Below, piece after piece: positions 51,271-60,626 of a stretch of DNA of 64,000 nt. The stretch covers positions 29,884,001 to 29,948,000 of the forward strand of contig OX442314.1 in the NCBI GenBank assembly GCA_949358305.1. Reading direction: 5' to 3'. Source of the DNA: Strigamia acuminata. Lineage: Eukaryota. The notes beneath the pieces were generated by a model, which was given only the letters and a program-made list of their open reading frames with translations, was not told where the DNA came from and made no database searches. The position numbers and the translations under genes were made by a program. Positions within the stretch are counted from its first letter, which is position 1; each line of letters opens with the position of its first letter.

Positions 51271-54200
51271 TGTTGGAATGTTTTATACGTCATCTCGGCA
51301 TGATGTTTTGTATTGGACCACCCACTGGTCACTCCCTTTCCCCTTCACCCTTCACTTCCTGTCCTACCAGAATAAACGCTAGTCGCAGCACAAGTTGCTC
51401 TGCGACCTAAAATATATATATCTACATAAATCTAACTCATCCACCATCAGGTTATGGGTCCAACACCTGCATACACTACGCAACAGTGAGTTACGAACAT
51501 TTTTCCCGAAAAATCGCAAAAATACATCAAAAATCGAAAAGTCAAGCCGTGAACGAGCGACCACGTGTACACCCGAGCCGAGAAAGTGCATCAAGCCACA
51601 TCAAGCCGTGTAACCACAAAACGCAATTCAGTGCCAGGCAAATATTTTTGAACTTTTGAAAAACGAAAAATGGAATCTGTTCGAGGTTTTAAAGTAGAAA
51701 AACTCGGTGAGGACAATTATGAATCTTGGAAAACTGAGATGAAAAACGTGTTAATTTGCAACAAACTTTGGGCGTACGTGTGCAAACGTACAGTCAAACC
51801 GGAGGCCACGGAGGAAGCCCCAAATACCACGGCAGTGAACGAATGGCTAGAGAAAGACGAAATCGCTCTCGCAACCATTGGATTGGGCATAAACCGCACG
51901 CACCAAGGCGCCATCAGCTCAGCCACAACGTCCGCCGAGGCTTGGGACAAGTTGGAAGCATTCTTTCAACCGAAGGGCCCGCACCGAAAAATGTTTTTGT
52001 TCAAAAAGTTAATCAACATGAGAAAATCCGACGACGAGACGATGAATGCTCATTTGAACAATTTCGATGAAACAGCACAGAATTTAAAACAGACCGGTAG
52101 TACGCTCGACGATGATTTGTTGGTGATTTTGCTAATGGACACGCTTCCCGACACGTTCGCATTGTTCCGCTCATCAATTAAAATGAGAGAAACGTTACCC
52201 GACCTCGCCGCAGTAAAAATTAAATTGCTGCAAGAAGACGAGGACTTACGTAAAAACGAAAAGGCGCCGCAAAATGCTTTGGCCGCCAAAACTTTTGCCA
52301 AAAACAACAACCATCCATTTAAATTTAAAGGAAAATGTAATAAATGCGGTTTGGTGGGACATTTGGCAAAAGACTGCCGTAGGAAGAGGCCAGGCCACGC
52401 AGGCAAATCGAACAACACTGACAAGACGGTCGACGCCGTAGCACTTACCGCGACCGTCGTATCAACGTATCAAACCGTAGACGAAAATGTAATGCCGACT
52501 GAACGCGACGAAAAAGTGACGCCGACTGAACGTGACGTAACAATCGCAACAACAATTGATCAACCCGAATTAGCAAATTATGCCGTCGCATACCAAAGTA
52601 ATCATGCAATAAATAATATCGAATGGTGTCTTGACAGCGGCGCATCGCGCCACATGTGCAAAAATCGCGAAATGTTTTCCAGTCTAAATGAAACGATGAA
52701 GGGAACAATTCGAACCGCTTCCAAGACGTACGTAAAAAGCGAAGGACTTGGAAAAATACACCTCGATATGGACGATTACGACAAACCAATTGTTTTGGAG
52801 GACGTCATGTTTGCACCCGATTTGAGCGGAAATTTGATGTCGGTACCACGCATCACAAGCCAGGGCGCTGAAGTAATTTTTACTGAGAAAACCGCAACAA
52901 TCAGCAAGAAGGGAAAAACAGTCATGAAGGCGGAGCGACGAGGCGACATGTTCATCGTACGAACGAAACCACTGCAGATTGCAAACGTCGCCACTGGAAA
53001 AATCAGCCTAAACTCGAAAACATGGCACCATCGTTTTGGACATTTGAATTTGGGCGCTTTGCAACAACTAAGAAAATACGAAATGGTAAATGGACTGAAA
53101 TTCGATACTGCAAACGAAACATTTGACTGCGAGATTTGTGCAAAGGGAAAAATTCACCGAAGCTCACACCCATCGTCGTCAACACGCGCGGACGACGTGC
53201 TCGACTTGATCCACTCCGACATTTGCGGACCAATGCCGACCACGTCACTTGGAGGGGCCAAATATTTCGCCACGTTCATCGATGACAAATCCCGCTACAC
53301 CGAAGTCGCAATTTTGAAAGAAAGAGGCGAAATTTTCCGAGCATTTCAAAACCAAATGGACGTCGTTGCCGCCTACATTCAGGGCGAACTCGATGAAGAA
53401 ATTTTCATGCGGCAACCAGACGGTTTCATTGAAGAGGGACAAGAAGAAAAAGTCTGTCTACTTAAAAAGTCACTCTATGGATTAAAACAAGCCGGACGGA
53501 ACTGGCATAAAAAGTTAAGCCGCCACCTTCGCAAAAAGATGAAATTAAATCGCAGCAACAAAGATCCATGCGTCTTTTACAGACTAGAAGACGGGAAATC
53601 CGTAATAATCGCTGTCTACGTGGATGACCTAATCGTAATAACTGAAAACACAGAAACAATGAACAAAGTCAAATCTGACTTAAGCGAAAAATTCAGAATG
53701 ACAGACATCGGATCATTGAAATACTGCTTAGGAATCGAAGTAAACCAAAATGAGAAAGACCATACCGTCCAAATCACTCAGACCAAATACATCGATGAAA
53801 TTTTGGAACGCTTCAACATGACAAACTGCAACACCGTCAGCACACCAATTGACCCTGCACTGAAGCTAACCAAAGAAATGTCACCCAAGACAAACGAAGA
53901 AAAGGAGAAAATGAAAAACGTGCCATATCGCGAGTTAATTGGCGCATTGATTTACCTGTCGAATTCGACTCGCCCAGATTTGGCCTTCGCAGTGAGCAGC
54001 CTCAGTCGTTTCTGCGCAAATCCAGGTGAAACACACTGGAAAGCTGCGAAAAGGGTACTTTCATACTTGAAAGGGACGCGAAAATTAGGCATCACCTACG
54101 AGAAGACTGAAGAAAATTTGTACGGATTCGCCGACGCGGATTGGGGTGGCGACATCGACGACAGAAGATCGACCACAGGATATGTGTTCATTTTGGCCGG

Positions 54201-54818
54201 AAGCCCAATCTCGTGGGCATCCAAGAAGCAACATACCGTTGCACTTTCGACCATGGAGGCTGAGTACATGGCGGTATCGGAGGCAGCAAAGGAACTCCTG
54301 CACCTCAGAGGACTTCTAATTGAGTTGGGCTGCCAAACAATGCAACAGGAAGCAACTGACGTCTTTTGTGACAACCAGGCCGCCATTTGCTTCTCACAAG
54401 ATCATTCGAGCTATCATAATAGCAAGCACATCGATATGCGCTTTCACTTCGCCAAAGAAGTCGTAGAAGATAAGAAAATGAGTCTCCACTACCTGCCAAC
54501 CACTCAAATGGCAGCAGATGCCTTCACCAAAGGACTCTACCGACCGAAGCATGAAGATTGTTTAAAAATGTTAAACTTATTTTTGAGTTAATTTTTATTG
54601 TTTTTTTATGTAACCAACATCATTTGTGATGAGAAGGAGTGTTGGAATGTTTTATACGTCATCTCGGCATGATGTTTTGTATTGGACCACCCACTGGTCA
54701 CTCCCTTTCCCCTTCACCCTTCACTTCCTGTCCTACCAGAATAAACGCTAGTCGCAGCACAAGTTGCTCTGCGACCTAAAATATATATATCTACATAAAT
54801 CTAACTCATCCACCATCA
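51271..54818 (+). mobile_element. Ty1/Copia LTR retrotransposon, 3548 bp, internally deleted
   Basis: Identical 179-bp TG...CA LTRs (51271-51449, 54640-54818); CCAAT TSD; PBS GGTTATGGGTCCAA (51450); PPT GATGAGAAGGAG (54628-54639). Confidence 0.98.
51670..54591 (+). CDS. Copia Gag-PR-(partial IN)-(partial RT)-RNase H polyprotein, 973 aa
   Basis: CNKCGLVGHLAKDC knuckle, WCLDSGASRHM protease, WHHRFGH and CEIC zinc motif, IHSDICGP. Then a direct jump to QMDV, YGLKQAGRNW, YVDD, GFADADWGGD, SKHIDMRFH. Confidence 0.95.
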   Translation: MESVRGFKVEKLGEDNYESWKTEMKNVLICNKLWAYVCKRTVKPEATEEAPNTTAVNEWLEKDEIALATIGLGINRTHQGAISSATTSAEAWDKLEAFFQPKGPHRKMFLFKKLINMRKSDDETMNAHLNNFDETAQNLKQTGSTLDDDLLVILLMDTLPDTFALFRSSIKMRETLPDLAAVKIKLLQEDEDLRKNEKAPQNALAAKTFAKNNNHPFKFKGKCNKCGLVGHLAKDCRRKRPGHAGKSNNTDKTVDAVALTATVVSTYQTVDENVMPTERDEKVTPTERDVTIATTIDQPELANYAVAYQSNHAINNIEWCLDSGASRHMCKNREMFSSLNETMKGTIRTASKTYVKSEGLGKIHLDMDDYDKPIVLEDVMFAPDLSGNLMSVPRITSQGAEVIFTEKTATISKKGKTVMKAERRGDMFIVRTKPLQIANVATGKISLNSKTWHHRFGHLNLGALQQLRKYEMVNGLKFDTANETFDCEICAKGKIHRSSHPSSSTRADDVLDLIHSDICGPMPTTSLGGAKYFATFIDDKSRYTEVAILKERGEIFRAFQNQMDVVAAYIQGELDEEIFMRQPDGFIEEGQEEKVCLLKKSLYGLKQAGRNWHKKLSRHLRKKMKLNRSNKDPCVFYRLEDGKSVIIAVYVDDLIVITENTETMNKVKSDLSEKFRMTDIGSLKYCLGIEVNQNEKDHTVQITQTKYIDEILERFNMTNCNTVSTPIDPALKLTKEMSPKTNEEKEKMKNVPYRELIGALIYLSNSTRPDLAFAVSSLSRFCANPGETHWKAAKRVLSYLKGTRKLGITYEKTEENLYGFADADWGGDIDDRRSTTGYVFILAGSPISWASKKQHTVALSTMEAEYMAVSEAAKELLHLRGLLIELGCQTMQQEATDVFCDNQAAICFSQDHSSYHNSKHIDMRFHFAKEVVEDKKMSLHYLPTTQMAADAFTKGLYRPKHEDCLKMLNLFLS

Positions 54819-55439
54819 CCAATACGCTCGGTCTAATTTGATATTGCAGTTAGCAAAGTGCAGCGATTGCTCAGATATGTTTTGACTCATGTTTGTAGAA
54901 ATCGTATGTCGCTTATCACTCTTTGCTTTATGCTAAGGCCTGACTGGTCGGACGTTGAGTTTGACATGTGTTCTTGTTAGTATCTGAGTCCCCCTCAGAC
55001 GCTTGCTCATTCACAAACGTCATTGCACCGAGGGTCAAAACCGACCAATGGAGCTTATTCGCATAAGTGTTTATTTAATCGCAATTTACACAGGTGGCGC
55101 TGTGCACGGGTAGCGTCACAAATATAAGTGAATATAAGTGAAACGTGAATGAATTTAAAACGAGATTTATTGATGTTGGTGCAGTGAGAGAGCAAAAGAA
55201 TAATTACAACTTTCTTTTTGCTTAGATAATGAATTAACCATTGATTACTGTTTGGAGTGAATAAAACTAGATCATTTTAAAGTTGAATGAAAATGCAGTA
55301 ACATATATGCTAACTTTGAATTACAACAGTAAAGTTAAAAGGTTTTTATATTTTCTTTAAACAGATGTAAAGAAATACATCTGTTGAAAGAGTGACAAAG
55401 TTTTTGTTTTACAATATTTTTTTTTAGTTTTTTCTGCAG

Positions 55440-56449
55440 TTAGATGAAATATTCAAGAAGTGCAAATATCGAAAGGCCAGAAAAAATCCCTAAAATTGAT
55501 CCAATTTGACAAAGCAATTTGACAATGGAAAGTTCTCTGTTTTCCTTAATTATTTGTCGAATGTTACTGTCAATAATAAATTTACTTTCTGGGTAATCGT
55601 AACTATCCTGTGCTTTTATTACTGATGATAGGAACATTGTTAGCTCACAGCTTACTGGGCAGGAACAGTCTTTGGGAGGATCTGTCTTGTATTGAGCCTC
55701 CAAATACATTTTAACAGTCTCTTCGGCTGCTTCTCTAGTCTGGCAAAAAGGTAGATTATTCGTTTCCATGAATGGCAATCTGTAATAGTAGGATGAATTT
55801 TGAATGTATATTTATTTTGGGCAAGCAATTGGTTTTAGTCAAGGTAAAATGTTTTTAAGATTACGAGCTTGTTAAGACAAAGATTATTTCAGCTTCGTGG
55901 TAAGTACTAGTAGCTATCAAAATTATTTACTTGCAATTGAATGGTTGTCGCTGTAACTTGTCTCTATAGCATATTTCTTCACATTTTGAAACTTGGTCAT
56001 TTGCAGCACAAAGGTTTTTTGGTGTGTTTATTCGAATTAACTAAAAACAATAATCATGCAAATATTGTAATGGGTTTTTAATACTAGTACGTACAAATAT
56101 TACCGTTTTAGGAGAAATATAGATTCTAATTTGTCCCAGAGAAGGTGTGTAAACAATATATTTTGTGTGAAGAAATTGATCTTGTGGTAAAATGAAGTTC
56201 TGGAACAAATGCAATCAAAATAATCAACTGAATAAAAATTAAATACACCAGAATATCTCACTGCATGAATCACATTCCATTTATGTTTGTTCAAAAATGT
56301 ATACATAACATATAAAAAGTTGCTGTGTGGAGAATACGGCAGATCATCTGTGTATAAGGTATATAAAAGTTAGAAAAAAATAATGTGTTTTGCGTTTATT
56401 TCTACTTTTCTTAAATTCAGTGCAGATTCCAAATACTGTTGTCACAGCC
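55440..56449 (-). CDS. DEG/ENaC (pickpocket/ASIC-like) channel, 3' exons only; probably disrupted
   Basis: Phase-consistent exons 56449-56406 (VTTVFGICTEF, like the TxYGNCYTFN motif), 56347-56262, 56199-56104, 56040-55931 (CEEIC...FNC), 55779-55440 (CSCPVSC; TM2 LLCQIGSILGIFSGLSIFALLE with GxS filter). Cut at 56450 by an LTR. Confidence 0.8.
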
Positions 56450-57997
56450 TGTGACGGTTATAAAACCGTATTATCCAATGTTCACACTAGGTGGCGCTGT
56501 TTATCTAACGCGCGCAGTTTAAACTCGATAAAGTTGCGGGATATATTAAATAGTTAATATAATATGGCGAATAAAATATACAGTATTTTATTAAACCTGA
56601 TTAAGTATTATTTACTTGAGATATTGATTCTGTCGAATCAATATCCTGTTGTACTTACCTTTTTGAAGAGAACCAATTGGACTCTTCTGGACCCAGTTCA
56701 ATATTAGGTCCGGACTTGTGATCCACGAATCCATGGATTCTGACGTCTGATTGGCTGTCGCTAATCTGATTGTTCTCTCGAACTATATAAGCTCTGGTTT
56801 TCCACCAGACCTTCGGCTTGTTTTCTGTATGTTTGTATGTATTGTTGGTTATCGTTTGATTTCTCTCTTTCTTATCGACACATCGGGCCCCCTCGTTGTC
56901 TCAGTCAATATGTATTCAATACTATTGTGCTATTCTTCGTTGTAGCGTCATTTCGGGAAGACTAACTCCGGTAACCAAATAGTCCCGTAGCGCTAGCCAG
57001 CTGTTCTAAGGAGCAGTAGGATTTCGTACGGTGACATAGTATATCGTCCATGCACGGGATTGATTAACACCGTTAAACAAATATCAAATTATATGATCGG
57101 TGATAGTCGCATCTATTTGCGAGATTCTCCGATCATAGGTCAGATGCTCTGCCAGAGCACATATACGGGAAGTCAAACCCGTCAAACAAATGCGGGCAAA
57201 CTATTTTCCCAGGGTTCCGATGCAGTGCATTGGCCCTTCCGTTAAGTGGGCAAGACTTGTCCGAGGTCGGTAAAAGCCTTATTCACAGGCGACGCACCGG
57301 GTTGGTGGTCCGTGAGCAATTGCATTCATACCTTGCGCTAAACAAACACTCGGGTATTGGTAATGCCGATCTGGTAGTCCCCCAGGAACTGTTTACCCAG
57401 TGGTTGGTACCACTGAAAGCGACTCGTCGCAGAAAACAAATACCCGGCGCCTGATCACGAGATCTTGTCGTCGTAAGGCATGCTGGCGGATGGAGTCTCA
57501 ACAACTCCCGCGATGGTCCCCTCGACTGTCGTGACTGTCCCCGCCCATAGAATAACAATATAACAATTCATTTGTTATATTACACTAATATTGTTTTGTT
57601 GAATTGAATATGGAATATTCTAATGAATATTCTCGACCGAATACGAAGGACTCTTCGTATTAATAGATATCCGAGCTGCGGGACCGAATACGTCTCCGTA
57701 GCGCTAACTGTGACGATGCCGCAAAGTCAGCCGCACCACTCGAACAGCATCGCCCGGAACCTCAACCAGTGTAGCCGCCGTTACACTTATCCAGAACCCC
57801 AACTCCAGTTGTAATGTTAATAAACATGTAATTATATCACACAAAATCGTAAGTTGTTATATTTGATCACATATTCACGTTGTACAGACTTCCGTAGCTT
57901 ATCTCGGTTAGGTTATTTCTAGTTGTAGAAATGTCTTGTCTAAACCGATTTATCTCTTGTAATGGCTAATTATTCAGCCAAAAGTAGAATCGTCACA
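56450..57997 (+). mobile_element. 5' LTR (1548 bp) of a long-LTR retrotransposon, probably Gypsy-like
   Basis: Begins TGTGACG and ends CGTCACA (inverted termini), followed 2 nt later by a tRNA PBS. Contains TGACGTC, ATTGG, TATATAA (56784) and AATAAA (57819). Partner LTR not in window. Confidence 0.8.
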
Positions 57998-57999
57998 AG

Positions 58000-58017
58000 T
58001 GGAGGTTCTACCGAGAT
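58000..58017 (+). promoter_or_regulatory. Primer-binding site complementary to the tRNA-Gln 3' end
   Basis: TGGAGGTTCTACCGAGAT versus TGGAGGTTCCACCGAGAT expected for animal tRNA-Gln (17/18). Confidence 0.85.
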
Positions 58018-59117
58018 AGGTTGCCAAATTCTACGTGAATTTAGGAATTGTACGCGTGCTTATGAGAATTCGAATGGTGTAACTTTTACGGTGATTTTTG
58101 TGTGTAAAATAAGTTTCGAACGAAATTTATATTCGTGTCTAATATATTTTATTCTGTTTTAAGCTTTTACAAGATAATAAATGTAATTCATTTGCATTTC
58201 CGATTTTCCGCCGAAGAAATTGTATGTTTTAACAAACTAATAATTTCCCACCGCGTGGTCAGGCCTAATGATCAAACCACGAGAATTGGAAAATCTTGCC
58301 CGAACTTGTCGTTGTTACGTCCGCCCGTGATACGTCGATTCGCCGTCGTCGATTCGAGAAACCACGTGGTTGGGCCTAATGCGAAAAGTTCCACAAGTTT
58401 TATCGGGAGTTCTAAATGAATTCCGACAGGTATTTGTAGTTTGTTTATTTTTATAACTATATAAATACTTGAGATTTCAGGTTAAACCTAACCCTATCCG
58501 CGTGAATGAAATACAAGAAAATTGACATTTTCAAAGGAATTAAAATTTTATATTTTATTTCAAGAGAGTTTATTTCATTTACATACTTGATTCTACATTA
58601 AAATGTTCGGTCAAAATTAGGATTTCAAAACATTGAAATCAAATATCTACGAGTGAAAAATTTATTCCAGTGTTGGCGAAGAAATTCTCGTTTGTTGTGT
58701 TGCCTAGCAACCAATGCTTTGCAGCAAAGCCGTAGTAGTCGAAAGATTTCACGCGCTCTTGTTATACGAAATTTCAGCGAAATTCAAATTGGTTATAAAT
58801 AAGATTTTATTATGGAAATAAGTAATACTTTTTCGGTGAATTTGGATGATCGTCCATTTTTATTTTGTGACTACGTCATAATTCAGAAATCTGACTAGAT
58901 CATGGGTCCGCGAAAAAGGTGAAATCCATCAATCACAGACAAGATTAAAATCTCGTGAGACTAACGTTTGAAGTTCGACCAATCAGAGAGGTTTACAGAG
59001 GTACTTGAAACCCAGAACGACCCAGTGAAACCATTGCTTCGTTTGTAACCTTCCAGATCGCTTGTGACTTCTTCGTTTATTTGTGAATTTTTTTGGAATC
59101 TCGATTTCGATTAAAAG

Positions 59118-60305
59118 ATGACTAGTAACCAGCATTCGATGAATACCCGTGGTAAGGAGAGAACGTGTTTGACCGGTGGAATTAATTTAGCCGGATTTGT
59201 ACCCGTTCCAGATGAAACGGAAACAGTGAATATTGTGGAAAACCACGTGGATGATAATAATGTTTCAATTGAACTGACTCACCCAGTCGCCATTATCGAT
59301 CCAGTTGTGGAAGTAACTGATCCTACCCCCGTGGAGGAAATGAATCGTCCACAAGATGGATCACATTTAGGTCCAGCTGGACTTTTTATTTGTCGAGATT
59401 ATTGTCTAAATCCAATTCAATTTGGAACAATGGCCGAAGTTTTAGATTTTGTTAACACACATCGAGACCCGTCGGAGCATTCTAGTTCTAGATCACAAAC
59501 TCCACGTAATCAAGGACCGACAGATCTTGGTTTGAATCCGTCGACTCCGATCACTCGGTATCAACAGAAAACGACAGGACCTCCGACAACCAATCGGAAA
59601 TCTCGTTGGGATCAACAGAATCCTACACCCGGCAGTTTTGAACAAGCGTTCTATCGGCGAATGAATAATCAACTTATTGCTTCTCATAAAAGAAGGTTTA
59701 CGGGTCTTAATAATAATAAAAACCCAAATCCTGGTTTTCCGAATGGAGCCAACAGTTGCCCGAATCTTGCTGCTGAACCCATTCATGGTTTAAATAGTGA
59801 TTTAAGCGCACAGTTAAGAGGAATAGTCGATCCAAACAATCGTTTGAATCCTTTTTCTGGTAATAATAATATTCCAAACCAATTGCCTATATCGCAAGGA
59901 AGTTATCCAGTTCAGCCGAACTTAAATAACTTAAATATTCCGAATAACTGTTCAAGTTTCGGTAATCAAGACCAGTGGAATAATTATTCACAACCTGGCA
60001 ATCAGAACCAGTCGAATAATTTTTCGAACCAAGGTTATCAGGGAAATTCGAATAATCATTCGAACTTTGGAAATCAAGGTGGAGCAAATAATCATTCCAA
60101 CTTTGGTAACCAAAGAAGACAAAATCCCCGTGGATCGAATAATCATTCGAATTTTGGCAATCAAGGAGGGTCGAATAATTTCAACCCCAATAATTTTAAC
60201 GGCTCTAGCCAAAACAATTCGAGTCATTCTAATAATGGTTCGACGAATGATAATTCGCGACCAACAAGTAGTTTTGGGATGTCAGCAGACGACTGTAAAA
60301 TCTAG
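59118..60305 (+). CDS. 395-aa ORF inside the long-LTR element; N/Q/G/S-rich low-complexity C-terminal half; no recognisable Gag fold
   Basis: Uninterrupted ATG-initiated ORF 1.1 kb downstream of the PBS; HSMNTRGK start, RKSRWDQ, three NNHSNFGNQ repeats. Confidence 0.75.
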   Translation: MTSNQHSMNTRGKERTCLTGGINLAGFVPVPDETETVNIVENHVDDNNVSIELTHPVAIIDPVVEVTDPTPVEEMNRPQDGSHLGPAGLFICRDYCLNPIQFGTMAEVLDFVNTHRDPSEHSSSRSQTPRNQGPTDLGLNPSTPITRYQQKTTGPPTTNRKSRWDQQNPTPGSFEQAFYRRMNNQLIASHKRRFTGLNNNKNPNPGFPNGANSCPNLAAEPIHGLNSDLSAQLRGIVDPNNRLNPFSGNNNIPNQLPISQGSYPVQPNLNNLNIPNNCSSFGNQDQWNNYSQPGNQNQSNNFSNQGYQGNSNNHSNFGNQGGANNHSNFGNQRRQNPRGSNNHSNFGNQGGSNNFNPNNFNGSSQNNSSHSNNGSTNDNSRPTSSFGMSADDCKI

Positions 60306-60626
60306 ACTGATTTAATTTGTTTTTAATGTTTATTCATGTATTTGATTTTAGTAATTTTGTCTTAGTTTAATTATCGATTGAATTTAGTGATTGATTTGTG
60401 TTTATTACAATTAAGTGTTTTGTGTTTTGTTTTGTGTTTTGTGTTCTTTTTCATTCATTGTGCCTTATTGTGTATTATCGTGTTTAATTGTGTTTCATCA
60501 TGGTTTTTGCTGACTTTTCAGTTGTGTTATTGCATTAAATTGTCTGTGTTCTTTTTGTGTTATATAAATCGCTCGAGGGTCTTTTCGAGAGCCCTCTTTT
60601 ATGTAAATTGGGTATCTTTCGGCCCT

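Noticed and set aside
51717..54499. Antisense and alternate-frame ORFs within the Copia (and similar ones within the BEL)
   Set aside because: Typical shadows of long coding sequence; no independent motifs.
57093..57230. GDS motif (MIGDS) suggesting an SGNH hydrolase of a DIRS/Ngaro or LINE element
   Set aside because: Needs a frameshift and lacks the other SGNH blocks; the region is better explained as an LTR with a PBS.
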